Source of the DNA: a virus
Taxonomy: Duplodnaviria > Caudoviricetes
Virus record (IMG/VR): IMGVR_UViG_3300013005_000046
Location: 1 to 54,920 of that record
Length of the DNA stretch: 54,920 nucleotides
Strand: one strand, 5' to 3'
Shown here: one piece after another, positions 35,109-45,077 of the stretch
Position numbering within the stretch: position 1 is the first letter of the stretch
How the letters are laid out: every line of letters starts with the position of its first letter
Notes under the pieces: model-generated
The model's input: only the letters and a program-made list of their open reading frames with translations
Told to the model about the DNA's origin: nothing
Databases searched by the model: none
Translations under genes and position numbers: made by a program

Positions 35109-35689
35109 CTTTTGCAGTTATCCCTACCCGCACTGAAAGAAAAACTCTTTGGCCGCTGATTGATGTTCTTAATCAGGCTGGTGTCACACCAGTCATTGTC
35201 CGAACATGGGAGCATGCAAAGCCAGTACCAGGAGCGGTAGAGCTAGACGGTTGGGGCAAGATGTCAATTACATATTGGTGGAATCTTGGCATTGATTATG
35301 TCACAAAGACAATGCCGAATGCCCCCATTCTGGTGCTGAACGACGACCTTGGCATGTCAGTTGAAATGGTCAATGAACTTCTTGACGAGCTAAAGGACAA
35401 CGATCTTATTTGGTCTCGCAATTATGGCCCATATGTTTATAGTCCATTTTCTGGGGCTTGCTTCGGCCTTCGTGCTGGGACTATACGTCTGGACGAGGAG
35501 TTTGTTTGGTGGCATGGTGACGATGACCTGTATCACCGTGCAAAGGAATCTGGACTACGACTTAAGGCCACAAAGGTTGAGCCTATTCACGTTCGTGCAA
35601 ATGACTACGAAAACTGGGGAGAAACAATGTTTGCTGAAGACATTCCACGTGACACTGCCTTGTTTGTTAGCCGCTGGGGGGAACAGTGA
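35105..35689 (+). CDS. GT-A fold glycosyltransferase
   Basis: VIPT..WNLG..VLNDD..DE.F.WW.GDDD. Confidence 0.75.
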   Translation: MTFAVIPTRTERKTLWPLIDVLNQAGVTPVIVRTWEHAKPVPGAVELDGWGKMSITYWWNLGIDYVTKTMPNAPILVLNDDLGMSVEMVNELLDELKDNDLIWSRNYGPYVYSPFSGACFGLRAGTIRLDEEFVWWHGDDDLYHRAKESGLRLKATKVEPIHVRANDYENWGETMFAEDIPRDTALFVSRWGEQ

Positions 35690-36123
35690 AAGTCCTTTAC
35701 CCAGGCGGATTTGATTTACTTCATGCTGGTCACATAAACGCTCTTGCCTTAGCTCGTAAAATAGCTGGACCTGGTGGCCGTCTTGTAGTAGCGGTCAACA
35801 CTGACAGTTTTATGTCAGATTACAAGCGTGTCCCTGCACGAACACAACAAGAACGTGTAGATGATGTTATTGCTACTGGATTAGCAGATGAAGTAATTCT
35901 TTGGCATGGACCAGAAAAACAAGATGAACAAATACTTTTCCAGAGTCCAGACGTTTACGTTGCTAGTTTTGACTGGGTTGACCGTGACTTGGCTCGCCAG
36001 CTTCGAATTCCTAGTCTTTCTTGGATAGATGACCAAGGAATTAGTTTGCTTTATATCCACAGAACGCCAGGCATTAGCACAACTCTTTTAATTAATAACC
36101 AAGTAGAGCAAAGTTTATCATAA
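35686..36123 (+). CDS. Cytidylyltransferase (TagD/RfaE-like)
   Basis: GGFDLLHAGH; RTPGISTT. Confidence 0.9.
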   Translation: MKVLYPGGFDLLHAGHINALALARKIAGPGGRLVVAVNTDSFMSDYKRVPARTQQERVDDVIATGLADEVILWHGPEKQDEQILFQSPDVYVASFDWVDRDLARQLRIPSLSWIDDQGISLLYIHRTPGISTTLLINNQVEQSLS

Positions 36124-36780
36124 ATGGATAGTTACATTTGGCTTCAGCCTATCATTGAAGCACATCAAAAATATTTTGGTGGAGATGCTCTTAGAATTAT
36201 TGATGCAGGATCTCGTGATGGTGATGATGCCCAATGGATTTTATCAAAATTAGGTAATCAGGCTAATTGTACTGTTATCTGTATAGAAGCTAGAGAGGCT
36301 GCTGCTAATGAGATTAAAAACAAGTATCCAAACTTTGTGGTGTTTCCAACAGCAGTATCTAACTTTATTGGAGAATCAGAGTTTGTACAAATGAATGAAC
36401 AAGAGTTTTTTGGTTCCTCATCGCTTGAGCTAATAAGATCAAAAGCGTATCCGACAGAAAGCACAATTATTAATGTCGAAGTTACTAGGCTAGATGCTAT
36501 AATTGAACCAGGAATAACTGATGTTTTAAAAATAGATGTTGAGGGGCACTCTGTTCCAGTAATTGAAGGAATGGGAGATTTAATAAAAGACGTCTTAGTT
36601 GCTCACATTGAAACTGAAACTCCAGAAAGAATTTCTTGGGGAGAACCATCAAATAATTTAATAGTTATGGACATTATGCAAAAACTTGGATTCTCTTTGG
36701 TTGACGTTAGCTACCAATGGGGATGGAGTATTCAAGATCAAACTTGGATAAACACAAAACATGAAAGATATAGGGGCTAA
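36124..36780 (+). CDS. FkbM-family methyltransferase
   Basis: IDAGSRDG..AVSN..LKIDVEG. Confidence 0.85.
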   Translation: MDSYIWLQPIIEAHQKYFGGDALRIIDAGSRDGDDAQWILSKLGNQANCTVICIEAREAAANEIKNKYPNFVVFPTAVSNFIGESEFVQMNEQEFFGSSSLELIRSKAYPTESTIINVEVTRLDAIIEPGITDVLKIDVEGHSVPVIEGMGDLIKDVLVAHIETETPERISWGEPSNNLIVMDIMQKLGFSLVDVSYQWGWSIQDQTWINTKHERYRG

Positions 36781-36781
36781 A

Positions 36782-37831
36782 ATGACAGTAGTTGCAATTT
36801 CTCACGGATATCCACCACTTTGGAACATGGGTGGAGAAGTATCTCTTCATAGATCAATGGTAGCTGTTAAAGGAAATAGGGTTGTTTTAACAAATACTGA
36901 AGCCGAATACTATATTGATGGGATACGTGTTAGTCAAATAAATACCCCAGATGTCCTTAATGTAAACGCAAATCCATCTCCAATTGCTGAACAGCTTAAA
37001 GATCTTAATGCCAGAGTTGTAATTGCTCAAAACGAACTATCGTTACCCGCAGCTTTAGCAGCAAGCTCTGCTGGGGCAATCTCTATAGCAAGTGTTCATA
37101 CACCACCAAGGTATGGTAAAAACATTCGAGAGGGAGTTGTTTATTCTGATTATGCAGTATACAACACTGAAACTTCTGCAAGGCAGTGGGGGGAGCCTGG
37201 GGCTGTAGTTTTGCATCCACCTATTAGCGATTTACCGTCTAACACTAACACCAGTGGTGACGCTTACACCTGCCTTTCATCTTTAAGGAACAAAGGTGTT
37301 GAGGTAATGCTTTCCTTAGCAGAAACGCATGCAGATAAAAGATTCATTATTGTTAGATCGCCAGCCGAACCAACTCATGGTATACCAAACTTAGAGGAAA
37401 GAGTTTCTAAGCTGCCAAACGTTGAGCTACATCCAAGGGTAGATCCCAAAGATGTATATAAATACCTAGAGCAAACAAGAATACTCATAGTGCCATCTAT
37501 GTATGAAACTTATGGGATGTCCGCTATTGAAGCAGCAGGATATGGTATTCCATCTATTCACGTAGATACCCCGCATGTGAGGGAGGGTATTGGAGATGCT
37601 GCAGTGTTAATTAGTCCACTAAGCGTAGCTGAAGCTGAAAATGGAATTAGACTTATAGAGAATAGCTATAACCATTATAGTGAAAAGGTAAGATCCAAGG
37701 CTGAATGGATTCACGACAGGCAAGCTATGGAGCTTGATAACTTTTCTGAGTTTGTCAAAAACGTTAGCAAGCCAACCGACAAAACTGCAAGACAGAAGGC
37801 TGTTGCAAGAGCTTCTAGGATAAATCGCTAA
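36782..37831 (+). CDS. Glycosyltransferase family 4 (GT-B)
   Basis: GGE..KG..PS.YETYGMSAIEA..G.P. Confidence 0.9.
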   Translation: MTVVAISHGYPPLWNMGGEVSLHRSMVAVKGNRVVLTNTEAEYYIDGIRVSQINTPDVLNVNANPSPIAEQLKDLNARVVIAQNELSLPAALAASSAGAISIASVHTPPRYGKNIREGVVYSDYAVYNTETSARQWGEPGAVVLHPPISDLPSNTNTSGDAYTCLSSLRNKGVEVMLSLAETHADKRFIIVRSPAEPTHGIPNLEERVSKLPNVELHPRVDPKDVYKYLEQTRILIVPSMYETYGMSAIEAAGYGIPSIHVDTPHVREGIGDAAVLISPLSVAEAENGIRLIENSYNHYSEKVRSKAEWIHDRQAMELDNFSEFVKNVSKPTDKTARQKAVARASRINR

Positions 37832-38514
37832 GCTTCATAAACTGTTTTGTTTGCAAAATCAACATCTAAAATCTTATCTTTAATTATTTCAAAAGAATCG
37901 TCATTGCTAGATAGGTAGTCATATTTTAACATATCTATCTTGTCTGATTTTTTTGCAAGGCCACCAGAAGAATACACCTTAACGTCATCGATCTCTATTC
38001 CACCAACATTAAATACGTTGCCATACCTTGATCTCCATAAATCTGGAACATCTATTATTTTTAAAAGCTTTTCTTTTTCCATAACCATTGGAACATGCAA
38101 CTCATAATCTAAAACGTTTTCCTTTGCTCTGCGAGATAAGTTAGTTAAGGTTTTCTTTAGCATTAAAACATATCTTGTATTTCCAGTTAGCTCTTTATAC
38201 CTTGATATTTTTTTAAATAGAGATCCACCATGCATATATGGAACGTTGTCGACCTTTTTTATAACATAAAAATCATCATTCATCAAGATAAATGAGTCTG
38301 ATACCTGCTCAGAATTACAGATGGCCCTAAGATTATTTCTAGCATTTACATACTTAGATTTATTCTGAGGAACGTGTAAGTGGTTTCCTACATACCAGTC
38401 TGGCTTTCCACCAACTACCCACAAATTATCAAAGGCTAGGTTCTTTACGGCAGACCTAATAGAATACCTAAGCTCTTCATTATCGCCGTCTCTACAAATA
38501 TAAACTAAGTCCAT
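37828..38514 (-). CDS. Stealth-like sugar-phosphotransferase
   Basis: DLVY..NEELRYSIRS..FILMNDDF match Stealth conserved regions. Confidence 0.65.
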   Translation of the reverse strand: MDLVYICRDGDNEELRYSIRSAVKNLAFDNLWVVGGKPDWYVGNHLHVPQNKSKYVNARNNLRAICNSEQVSDSFILMNDDFYVIKKVDNVPYMHGGSLFKKISRYKELTGNTRYVLMLKKTLTNLSRRAKENVLDYELHVPMVMEKEKLLKIIDVPDLWRSRYGNVFNVGGIEIDDVKVYSSGGLAKKSDKIDMLKYDYLSSNDDSFEIIKDKILDVDFANKTVYEA

Positions 38515-38535
38515 TATAATAAAAGTATAGCATAG

Positions 38536-38564
38536 CAAAACGGACTGCCATAATCGACAGTCCG
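38536..38564 (-). terminator. Intrinsic terminator
   Basis: CGGACTG/CAGTCCG stem followed by TTTT on the minus strand. Confidence 0.55.
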
Positions 38565-38580
38565 CTAGCTAAGTAAATAG

Positions 38581-38871
38581 TTACTTCTTTTTGTTTGCTG
38601 GAGCCTTCTTAGCTACAGCTTTCTTAGCAGCTGGTGCCTTTAGGGGCTTAGCGGCCTTTGCAGCCTTCTCTACGGCCTCAGCAGATGGCATAACACCAAA
38701 AGCTGGGTCATTTGGATTAACGGCTCTCAGAGCCACTGGCAGCAATGCTGCTAGTAGTGAGTAAGCTAGGTCAGCTGGGTCTGTAACTCCAGCTAGGTAC
38801 AAAGCAGTTGCTGCTCCCAGAACGCTTCTTCCATAAGAAGCCAACATATTTTTTAGTTTTTCTGTATTCAT
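38581..38871 (-). CDS. Holin-like membrane protein with Lys/Ala-rich tail
   Basis: SYGRS..two TM..R..NP.D..FG. Confidence 0.65.
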   Translation of the reverse strand: MNTEKLKNMLASYGRSVLGAATALYLAGVTDPADLAYSLLAALLPVALRAVNPNDPAFGVMPSAEAVEKAAKAAKPLKAPAAKKAVAKKAPANKKK

Positions 38872-38920
38872 TTTTCTCCTTGTTTTTTCTATCTATATCG
38901 TTGATATAGAATCTTTATAG

Positions 38921-39358
38921 CTACTTGGCCTTGTTTTCTTTAGGCTCGTCTTCGGGCATGATCTTTTTAAGTTCTATGTATGCTAAGTTAATTTCTTGTA
39001 GTATATCAGAGTGAGCACTTTGACCAGTGACAGTTCCATATGTATTTGCATATTCTAGATTTGGTTCTACTTTATTTTTAAATGTAGTAAGGGCAGCCTG
39101 GACATCCTCTATGTACTGAAATGCCCAATCCCTTGACTCAGAAATAAACTTTAAAAAGCCATCTGTTTTTTCTACATCATCAGGCTTTCTTTTGTCCAGC
39201 TGTTCTTTAAGATTTCCAATAATCACAGCCTTGTCAATAGAGTGTTGCAAAAAATTAGCTGTAAGCTTTTTAGCTTTTAGCTGTAGTCTAAAGTTATTTA
39301 TTAATAAAACAATAACTAAGAATGAAAGTATTCCAAATACAATTAGGTCCGTAATCAC
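38921..39358 (-). CDS. Membrane-anchored hypothetical protein
   Basis: N-terminal TM; FLKFISESRDWAF. Confidence 0.75.
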   Translation of the reverse strand: MITDLIVFGILSFLVIVLLINNFRLQLKAKKLTANFLQHSIDKAVIIGNLKEQLDKRKPDDVEKTDGFLKFISESRDWAFQYIEDVQAALTTFKNKVEPNLEYANTYGTVTGQSAHSDILQEINLAYIELKKIMPEDEPKENKAK

Positions 39359-39594
39359 TCTGTTCCACCTTCTCTTACAAGTAAAACAATTGCCCCATTA
39401 TCTTCCAGGGCTTTCTTAATTCTGATCATGTACTCTACAGCCTGTCTTTTACCATCATGTGATAGTGACATAAAAGCTTTTTCACTTGCCTTTACTGTAA
39501 TAAAATTATCATTGTCTACTAGCTGTACCGCAAAATTTGTTGGGGCGAAGTGTGCCAGAGAGCGAAACGCTCTTTTCATCTCATCTGTATACAT
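39355..39594 (-). CDS. Hypothetical protein
   Basis: ORF within the operon. Confidence 0.7.
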   Translation of the reverse strand: MYTDEMKRAFRSLAHFAPTNFAVQLVDNDNFITVKASEKAFMSLSHDGKRQAVEYMIRIKKALEDNGAIVLLVREGGTE

Positions 39595-39600
39595 TAGTTT

Positions 39601-39885
39601 CTACTCATCTGTTGTTAAGTCTTTCCATTTTGAGCCCCAGTCTTTTTTAGTTCTATGGCTATTAAACTCTCTAGATATTTTACCAGACTCTAGAAAGATT
39701 CCTCCCCAGACTCCCCATTCTTTTTGAGAAACACCAACAGCAAAACACTTTCTAGCAACAGGACAACCAGAGCAGACTTTGTCAATCGCTGGCCTTAGTC
39801 CTTCGTTCTCTTCATACTTATCAAAAAATAGATTTGTGTCATACCCTACACAAGATCCGAGCTCTTTCCACTCATGCTTGTGCAT
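39601..39885 (-). CDS. whiB: WhiB-family Fe-S transcription factor
   Basis: C..FF..CxxCPVxxxC..GVWGG. Confidence 0.92.
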   Translation of the reverse strand: MHKHEWKELGSCVGYDTNLFFDKYEENEGLRPAIDKVCSGCPVARKCFAVGVSQKEWGVWGGIFLESGKISREFNSHRTKKDWGSKWKDLTTDE

Positions 39886-40090
39886 CGCTATTCCGATCTG
39901 GGATTAGCCATCCATTGCCAGATAGCTCAAAGCGTTGCTGCACATACCAGACCCCCTTGATTCTAACTCCGTCTTTAGAAGTCCTGCCTTTGTCAGACGG
40001 GTATCTTTTTACAACAGTCCATCCGTCCCAAAAAAAGCCTTTATTCTTAGAAATAAAGCTTTCCATCTCTTCGATTGTCTTGATAATCAT
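39872..40090 (-). CDS. Hypothetical protein
   Basis: WDGWTVV motif; operon packing. Confidence 0.7.
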   Translation of the reverse strand: MIIKTIEEMESFISKNKGFFWDGWTVVKRYPSDKGRTSKDGVRIKGVWYVQQRFELSGNGWLIPDRNSDAQA

Positions 40091-40114
40091 TTTGGTGCTT
40101 TCTATTTTTATTGT

Positions 40115-40465
40115 TTAAAAGCGGTAAACGCCTACGGAAGCATCTTTGCTTTCTGCATAAGATACTAATGGCGAAACAGCTTCTTTCGGTTTGCTAAAAA
40201 ATGCAAAGTAGTTAACGATACTGATGTTTTCTTTTATCCAGCTTGGAGGAACCTTAATTAAACGAATCTTAATTCCTCTAGCCTTCAGGCTTCTTTCAGA
40301 AACATTACAAAATTCTAAGGCCATAGAGTTTATCTTTGATGGACCTGCAGAATAGACATAAAACTCTTTATCGTCTTCACCCATCTGAGAAAGGGCAGTT
40401 CCCATAGCTCTTAAGAATACAGAGTATTCATCAAAAGACTTGGTTCCCTGGGCAGCAACAATCAT
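40115..40465 (-). CDS. Hypothetical protein (possible SLOG/YspA-like)
   Basis: I...G...F..Y N-terminus. Confidence 0.6.
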   Translation of the reverse strand: MIVAAQGTKSFDEYSVFLRAMGTALSQMGEDDKEFYVYSAGPSKINSMALEFCNVSERSLKARGIKIRLIKVPPSWIKENISIVNYFAFFSKPKEAVSPLVSYAESKDASVGVYRF

Positions 40466-40860
40466 TTTTCTTTTCCTTCAGTTAGGGCTTCTACAATATG
40501 TATAACCTTTTCTAATTGTACCCTATCCATACCCATTGTGTCAACCTCTCTCGTGGTTTGTTCGTCGACGAGACCCTCTTCCATGTCTGCGACAAAAAGA
40601 GTATTGTTTTTAATCCAGTAAGCCTGGTTTTCTAGAAACACAACTCTTGTATACATAGAGCTTCTGTGGTTTTGTGATTGAGTGTTTGGCCTTTTAACCT
40701 CAAACTCATAATCTGGGACGTGGTTTTTTATTATTTCGTGTACCCTCGTCTGGCTGTATTTAATTGACCAGCTTTTGTCTTGGTCTATACCTTTGATAAC
40801 AAAAAAACGGAACACTAGGATAGTAGCACATGCTAAGACAAACCCCATTAAAAATTCCAT
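40462..40860 (-). CDS. Membrane-anchored hypothetical protein
   Basis: N-terminal TM; AGGAG RBS. Confidence 0.7.
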   Translation of the reverse strand: MEFLMGFVLACATILVFRFFVIKGIDQDKSWSIKYSQTRVHEIIKNHVPDYEFEVKRPNTQSQNHRSSMYTRVVFLENQAYWIKNNTLFVADMEEGLVDEQTTREVDTMGMDRVQLEKVIHIVEALTEGKEK

Positions 40861-40898
40861 CGTTATCTCCTAGTAATATTTTACATAACTTTATGGAA

Positions 40899-41147
40899 TT
40901 AATCAGATTCTACTAATCGATTTTCGATTAGCTTTTCGGTTTCATCAACAATCTGATAAGCAAATTTCATCATTTTGTCATAACCAACAGCATTATCTAC
41001 AATACTATTATAATGATGTGCACAAAATAAGAGGTCTCCAGAAACACCAGTTACCCAGACGTAAGCCTGAGCACCGCAAGAATCACACCTGTCCGAAGCA
41101 TTTAGTTGCCAAACAGTCTTTTTCTCTATTGTAGAGTTTGTGTCCAC
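40899..41147 (-). CDS. Small actinobacterial-type Zn-binding protein
   Basis: DRCDSCGAQAY..LLFCAHH. Confidence 0.8.
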   Translation of the reverse strand: MDTNSTIEKKTVWQLNASDRCDSCGAQAYVWVTGVSGDLLFCAHHYNSIVDNAVGYDKMMKFAYQIVDETEKLIENRLVESD

Positions 41148-41152
41148 GTTAC

Positions 41153-41338
41153 CTACTTAGCCTTATTGTCAGTTGAATAGAATCCACCACCATTAAAGGC
41201 GACTCCTACAGGATAGTATACACGAGATAGCGGTAGATTGCAAGCATGGCAATCGTACCCTGGATCTTTATCCGAAATGCTTCTTACAAAAGTTTCTTTT
41301 GTTTTGCACTCACGGCATTCATACTCATATATAGGCAT
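41153..41338 (-). CDS. FmdB-family zinc ribbon protein
   Basis: MPIYEYEC..C..C..C..F.GGGFYSTD. Confidence 0.9.
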   Translation of the reverse strand: MPIYEYECRECKTKETFVRSISDKDPGYDCHACNLPLSRVYYPVGVAFNGGGFYSTDNKAK

Positions 41339-41392
41339 AGTTATCTCTTATAGTTTATCATAAAATATAAGATAACGCAACAGGTAAGTATG

Positions 41393-42157
41393 TTAGTTTA
41401 GCTTAGACCAAGTTTTTGGGCCAACAATTCCATCTGCCGTTAGCTTGTGCTTTTTTTGAAAAGCAACTACTGCAGCGTGAGTCTTAGGACCGAATGGGCC
41501 GTTTGGGCTTACACCTAGCTTGTCTTGTAAGTAAACAACATCTGGAGTTTGTGGTTCACCCTGCTTTAGAAGTTTACCACCATAAGCCATTGCTCCGCTC
41601 TTAGTTGTTTTACCATGCACTGGAGCAGGGGAAGGAGGTGCATCAACAGGAGTTTGATCCTTAGCAGTCCCATTAATTGCTTCGTACTTAATCAGAGCAT
41701 CAAAGAAAGCTACTGGCTCAATAAAGTTTAATCCTGTAGCACTCCACTCGTACTTCTTGCCCTTGTGCAGCTCCCAGTGAAGGTGCTTGCCAGTTGACAT
41801 ACCAGTTGTGCCCATCTTTCCTAGCGGTGTGCCAGCTTCGATTTTTTGACCAACTTTAACCTTGATGCTGTCATCCTGCATGTGGGCAAAGAGTGTAGTA
41901 TACTGCTCCCCATTAATTTTGTGATGTATCATTACATAATTTCCAAAGCCACCACCTGCAGCGGTTGACTTCTTAGCCTCTGTTACTACACCATCAAAAG
42001 GTGCTTCGATCCAGCATGGTTCAGCTGGTGCCCAAATGTCTGTGCCGTTGTGGTGTTTTGGGGCTTTTGTTACAGGGTGAATGCGGTTGCCCATGATGCT
42101 GGTAATTTTCCAGTCTTTGCCCTGTTTGCCATCAATAGCTTGTTGTGCTTTAGCCAT
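41393..42157 (-). CDS. M23 peptidase endolysin with peptidoglycan-binding domain
   Basis: HNGTD, HLH; C-terminal FQ..L.ADGIVGPKTW. Confidence 0.92.
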   Translation of the reverse strand: MAKAQQAIDGKQGKDWKITSIMGNRIHPVTKAPKHHNGTDIWAPAEPCWIEAPFDGVVTEAKKSTAAGGGFGNYVMIHHKINGEQYTTLFAHMQDDSIKVKVGQKIEAGTPLGKMGTTGMSTGKHLHWELHKGKKYEWSATGLNFIEPVAFFDALIKYEAINGTAKDQTPVDAPPSPAPVHGKTTKSGAMAYGGKLLKQGEPQTPDVVYLQDKLGVSPNGPFGPKTHAAVVAFQKKHKLTADGIVGPKTWSKLN

Positions 42158-42327
42158 AATATTTCTCCTTGGTTTTCCATAATTATTTGGAATGTGCGTT
42201 GTTACCGCTTTTTAGCGTGTAATTAATTATACCATAATGGGTGAAAAATGCTTCATATGTTTCGTTTAAGCGTAAAAATGCCCCCACACAAAAACCAGGC
42301 TCTGTGTGAGGGACACTTAGTTGTAAA

Positions 42328-42993
42328 TTATTTTGTTTTCTTTTTCTTTGGAGCTGCACCAAATCCTGGAACTGGATTAACCAACTTAGCATCCTTGCCA
42401 GGCTTTTTCTTAGCGGCCAAGTGACTTACGTCAAGGCTTGGTGCTGCAGTAGAAATTACTCCGTCATCTGGAGTTGCCATTGGAGCAGAGTCTCTTAGCT
42501 TTTCCCATGCCATTACAGCTTCAACAAACTCGATAGGGCTAACAAAGCCTTTACCATTTAGATCCCATCTGTGAACCTTTCCTTCTACAATCTCAAAGTG
42601 AAGGTGTCTTCCAGCAGAAGCTCCAGTGTTTCCCATGATGCCTAGGATAGTTCCAGCTTCAACCTTCTGACCAGTCTTAACCTTAAGAGAGCCCTCTTCC
42701 ATGTGACCTGAGCGAGATACATACCACTTACCATTAATCTTTGAGCGAATGTCTACGTAGTATCCGATGCCACCTAGAGAGCCATCAGAGTTTTTTAACT
42801 TTGAGGGACCTGCATATACCACCGTTCCGTCGTGCCATGCTTCAATATAAATCTTTGGGTTACTGCCCCAAAGGTCAGTGCCATTATGATGTTTCTTGAT
42901 TTTCTCTATAGGATGCACCCTCCATCCAAAAGGACTCGTAATTTTCCAAGCCTTTCCTTTTTTCCCGTCAATCGGGTATTGTGATTTTGCCAT
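42328..42993 (-). CDS. M23 peptidase (paralog without PG-binding domain)
   Basis: HNGTD; HLHFE. Confidence 0.9.
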   Translation of the reverse strand: MAKSQYPIDGKKGKAWKITSPFGWRVHPIEKIKKHHNGTDLWGSNPKIYIEAWHDGTVVYAGPSKLKNSDGSLGGIGYYVDIRSKINGKWYVSRSGHMEEGSLKVKTGQKVEAGTILGIMGNTGASAGRHLHFEIVEGKVHRWDLNGKGFVSPIEFVEAVMAWEKLRDSAPMATPDDGVISTAAPSLDVSHLAAKKKPGKDAKLVNPVPGFGAAPKKKKTK

Positions 42994-43058
42994 AAAATCT
43001 CCTTAACTATTGTCCTAACAAATTAGAACATATTATTATTATACCACCGAAAAGTCTT

Positions 43059-43631
43059 TTAAATCTTGGCTAAAAAGGCTTGGTATCTTTCGTTTAAGCT
43101 ATGCACTGACTCCATAGAAGAGACCTGTTTTTCTATCTGTAAACGGATTTCATCTTTTTCCCTAGGCATATGACCATCATACTTGTCTGCCCAAATGGGA
43201 CTATCTTTGTCTAAAGCGATACGGCCTTCGTATCCATTATTAATGGCCAGAGAAAATCTATCTGAAATAGTTTTAATTACTGACTGGTAGTCTTTTTCTA
43301 AGTTTTTAAATAGAATTACACAAACATTATCTAAATTATTAGTAACAGAATCTAAGTACTTATCATAGGTTTCAATAGCTTTAAGTACAGAAGCTTCAAT
43401 ATCTAATTCTCCAGACTTTGTTATAAAATTAGAATGTTCTCTAAGTTTATTTAACAAAGATGCTATGGCATCTGATGGTTCTCTAAAAATGGAAACATGA
43501 TAAAGATCTTTTACTACAAAAATTTCTGGTAAATGAGCAGAAGATATTGGCATATGAAAGGCATATCCAGCAACATTGCTTAAAAACACTTGACCAGATC
43601 TTGGAATAGAGTTAACTACTAAATGAGACAT
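43059..43631 (-). CDS. Sulfotransferase-like P-loop protein
   Basis: PRSG (5'-PSB-like) and R.P.DA..S (3'-PB-like). Confidence 0.65.
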   Translation of the reverse strand: MSHLVVNSIPRSGQVFLSNVAGYAFHMPISSAHLPEIFVVKDLYHVSIFREPSDAIASLLNKLREHSNFITKSGELDIEASVLKAIETYDKYLDSVTNNLDNVCVILFKNLEKDYQSVIKTISDRFSLAINNGYEGRIALDKDSPIWADKYDGHMPREKDEIRLQIEKQVSSMESVHSLNERYQAFLAKI

Positions 43632-43640
43632 AGATAAATA

Positions 43641-44039
43641 CTATGCCTTTCTCTTAGCTGCAAGCTCATCAAAGTTTTTTACTTTTGTATCACCCAAGTA
43701 ACCCCAAGCATAGCCCTTATCAATCATCTCAGTATTGATTGAGTTACCTTCTCCATCAAGATATAACCAACCAAGGATACGACCATACTTCTCGGATGAA
43801 TCCATCTTTTCAGTTTTAATAACAACAGTCTTTGCTGCCTTGATGCGATCTGCCAAATACTTTTTAGACTCTAGCCCTAAAGCTTTTTCTACTTTGTCCT
43901 TAGTACGACTTTCTGGGGTATCAATGCCAGCCAGTCTAACACGTGAAGTAAAACTAATATCAAAACCTAAATCAATTACAACATCAATAGTGTCTCCATC
44001 GACTACATTAGTAACCTCTTTTACATAATACTCAAACAT
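43641..44039 (-). CDS. Thermonuclease (SNase-like)
   Basis: VVDGDT..VRLAGIDTPE..KYGR.L. Confidence 0.92.
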   Translation of the reverse strand: MFEYYVKEVTNVVDGDTIDVVIDLGFDISFTSRVRLAGIDTPESRTKDKVEKALGLESKKYLADRIKAAKTVVIKTEKMDSSEKYGRILGWLYLDGEGNSINTEMIDKGYAWGYLGDTKVKNFDELAAKRKA

Positions 44040-44238
44040 CTTTTCTTTCCCATCTAATCTTGCTCCAGATCCTTTCGTGCCAGAAGTAAACCACTATCTT
44101 GATTAAAACCTCTATGCTTACAATAGCTGCAGCCATTTCTATTTTACCAGTAACTATTAAAGATATTAGAAAAGTATTAAGGCTTTGCCAAAGCCTATAA
44201 GTTAATGCTTTTACTATTGATCTTAAGTTAGATTCCAA
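44032..44238 (-). CDS. DUF2061 membrane protein
   Basis: RSIVKALTYR..YFWHERIW. Confidence 0.85.
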   Translation of the reverse strand: MESNLRSIVKALTYRLWQSLNTFLISLIVTGKIEMAAAIVSIEVLIKIVVYFWHERIWSKIRWERKDV

Positions 44239-44983
44239 GTTCTTTCCTTTTTTGCGTAGCGGAAATAGCCTGTATCTCTGGTGGTAAATCTATTTGCTCA
44301 ATCTTATACCCAACGTCACGACCGTAAACGATGTTAGTAATGTTTGGAAGCCTAAGGACTAAAGTATCCAGCCGCTCTTTACTATTGTTATGTATATGGT
44401 GTTTAACTTCTTCATAGGTAAGAGGATCTTTTTCTGAAGTACCGTGGGTATTTCTTACTCCTACAAGAACTTGTTCAGTTCTTTTATGTGCCTCGTCTTT
44501 TAAAGCTTCGTGCCCCTCATGCCAGGGCTGATATCTGCCAAGCTGAAGGGTGGTTGGGGCTGACCAATCAAATAAGCCCAAGTGTTTAATTATGACATCA
44601 GCCTTATTTGATTGCTCTAGGTCAGTAAATACGTAGTCAGGTTCCTCTGGATCAGACCAGATAGCGTTGGTGTTTTCATACCTGCCCTCGCTTATAGTGT
44701 TCATCCAAATCAAATAATCTGGATTACCGAAAGCCTTTCAAGTTTTATTTGTAGGACACACAAAGTCAACTATAACCAAGTGCCCCTGTTTAGAAAGAAG
44801 TCTTGCAATTGCCCCTAGCCTACGAGCCTGCTCATACCTAGCATCTAAAGAAAATCCTAGGTCAGAGCTTATGTCTGCACGAACCTCATCTGCATTCAAA
44901 TGAATAGCATTTGTTCGTTCTTTTAGTGCTTTCGCTAAAGTTGTTTTGCCACTTCCAGGCAAGCCTATAATCTGAATTATCAT
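44228..44983 (-). pseudogene. Adenylylsulfate-kinase-like + nucleotidyltransferase fusion interrupted by one in-frame TGA (44738-44740)
   Basis: GLPGSGKTT..DFVCPTNKT*KAFGNPDYLIWMNT..GRYQPWHEGH all in one frame. Confidence 0.75.
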
Positions 44984-45003
44984 TCTTTAATTATAGCAGA
45001 GAG

Positions 45004-45076
45004 AGCCTCCAACAGGACTTGAACCCGTCACCTACGCATTACAAGTGCGTCGCTCTACCAGATGAGCTATGGAGGC
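45004..45076 (-). tRNA. tRNA-Thr(UGU)
   Basis: Cloverleaf; anticodon loop CTTGTAA. Confidence 0.92.
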
Positions 45077-45077
45077 G

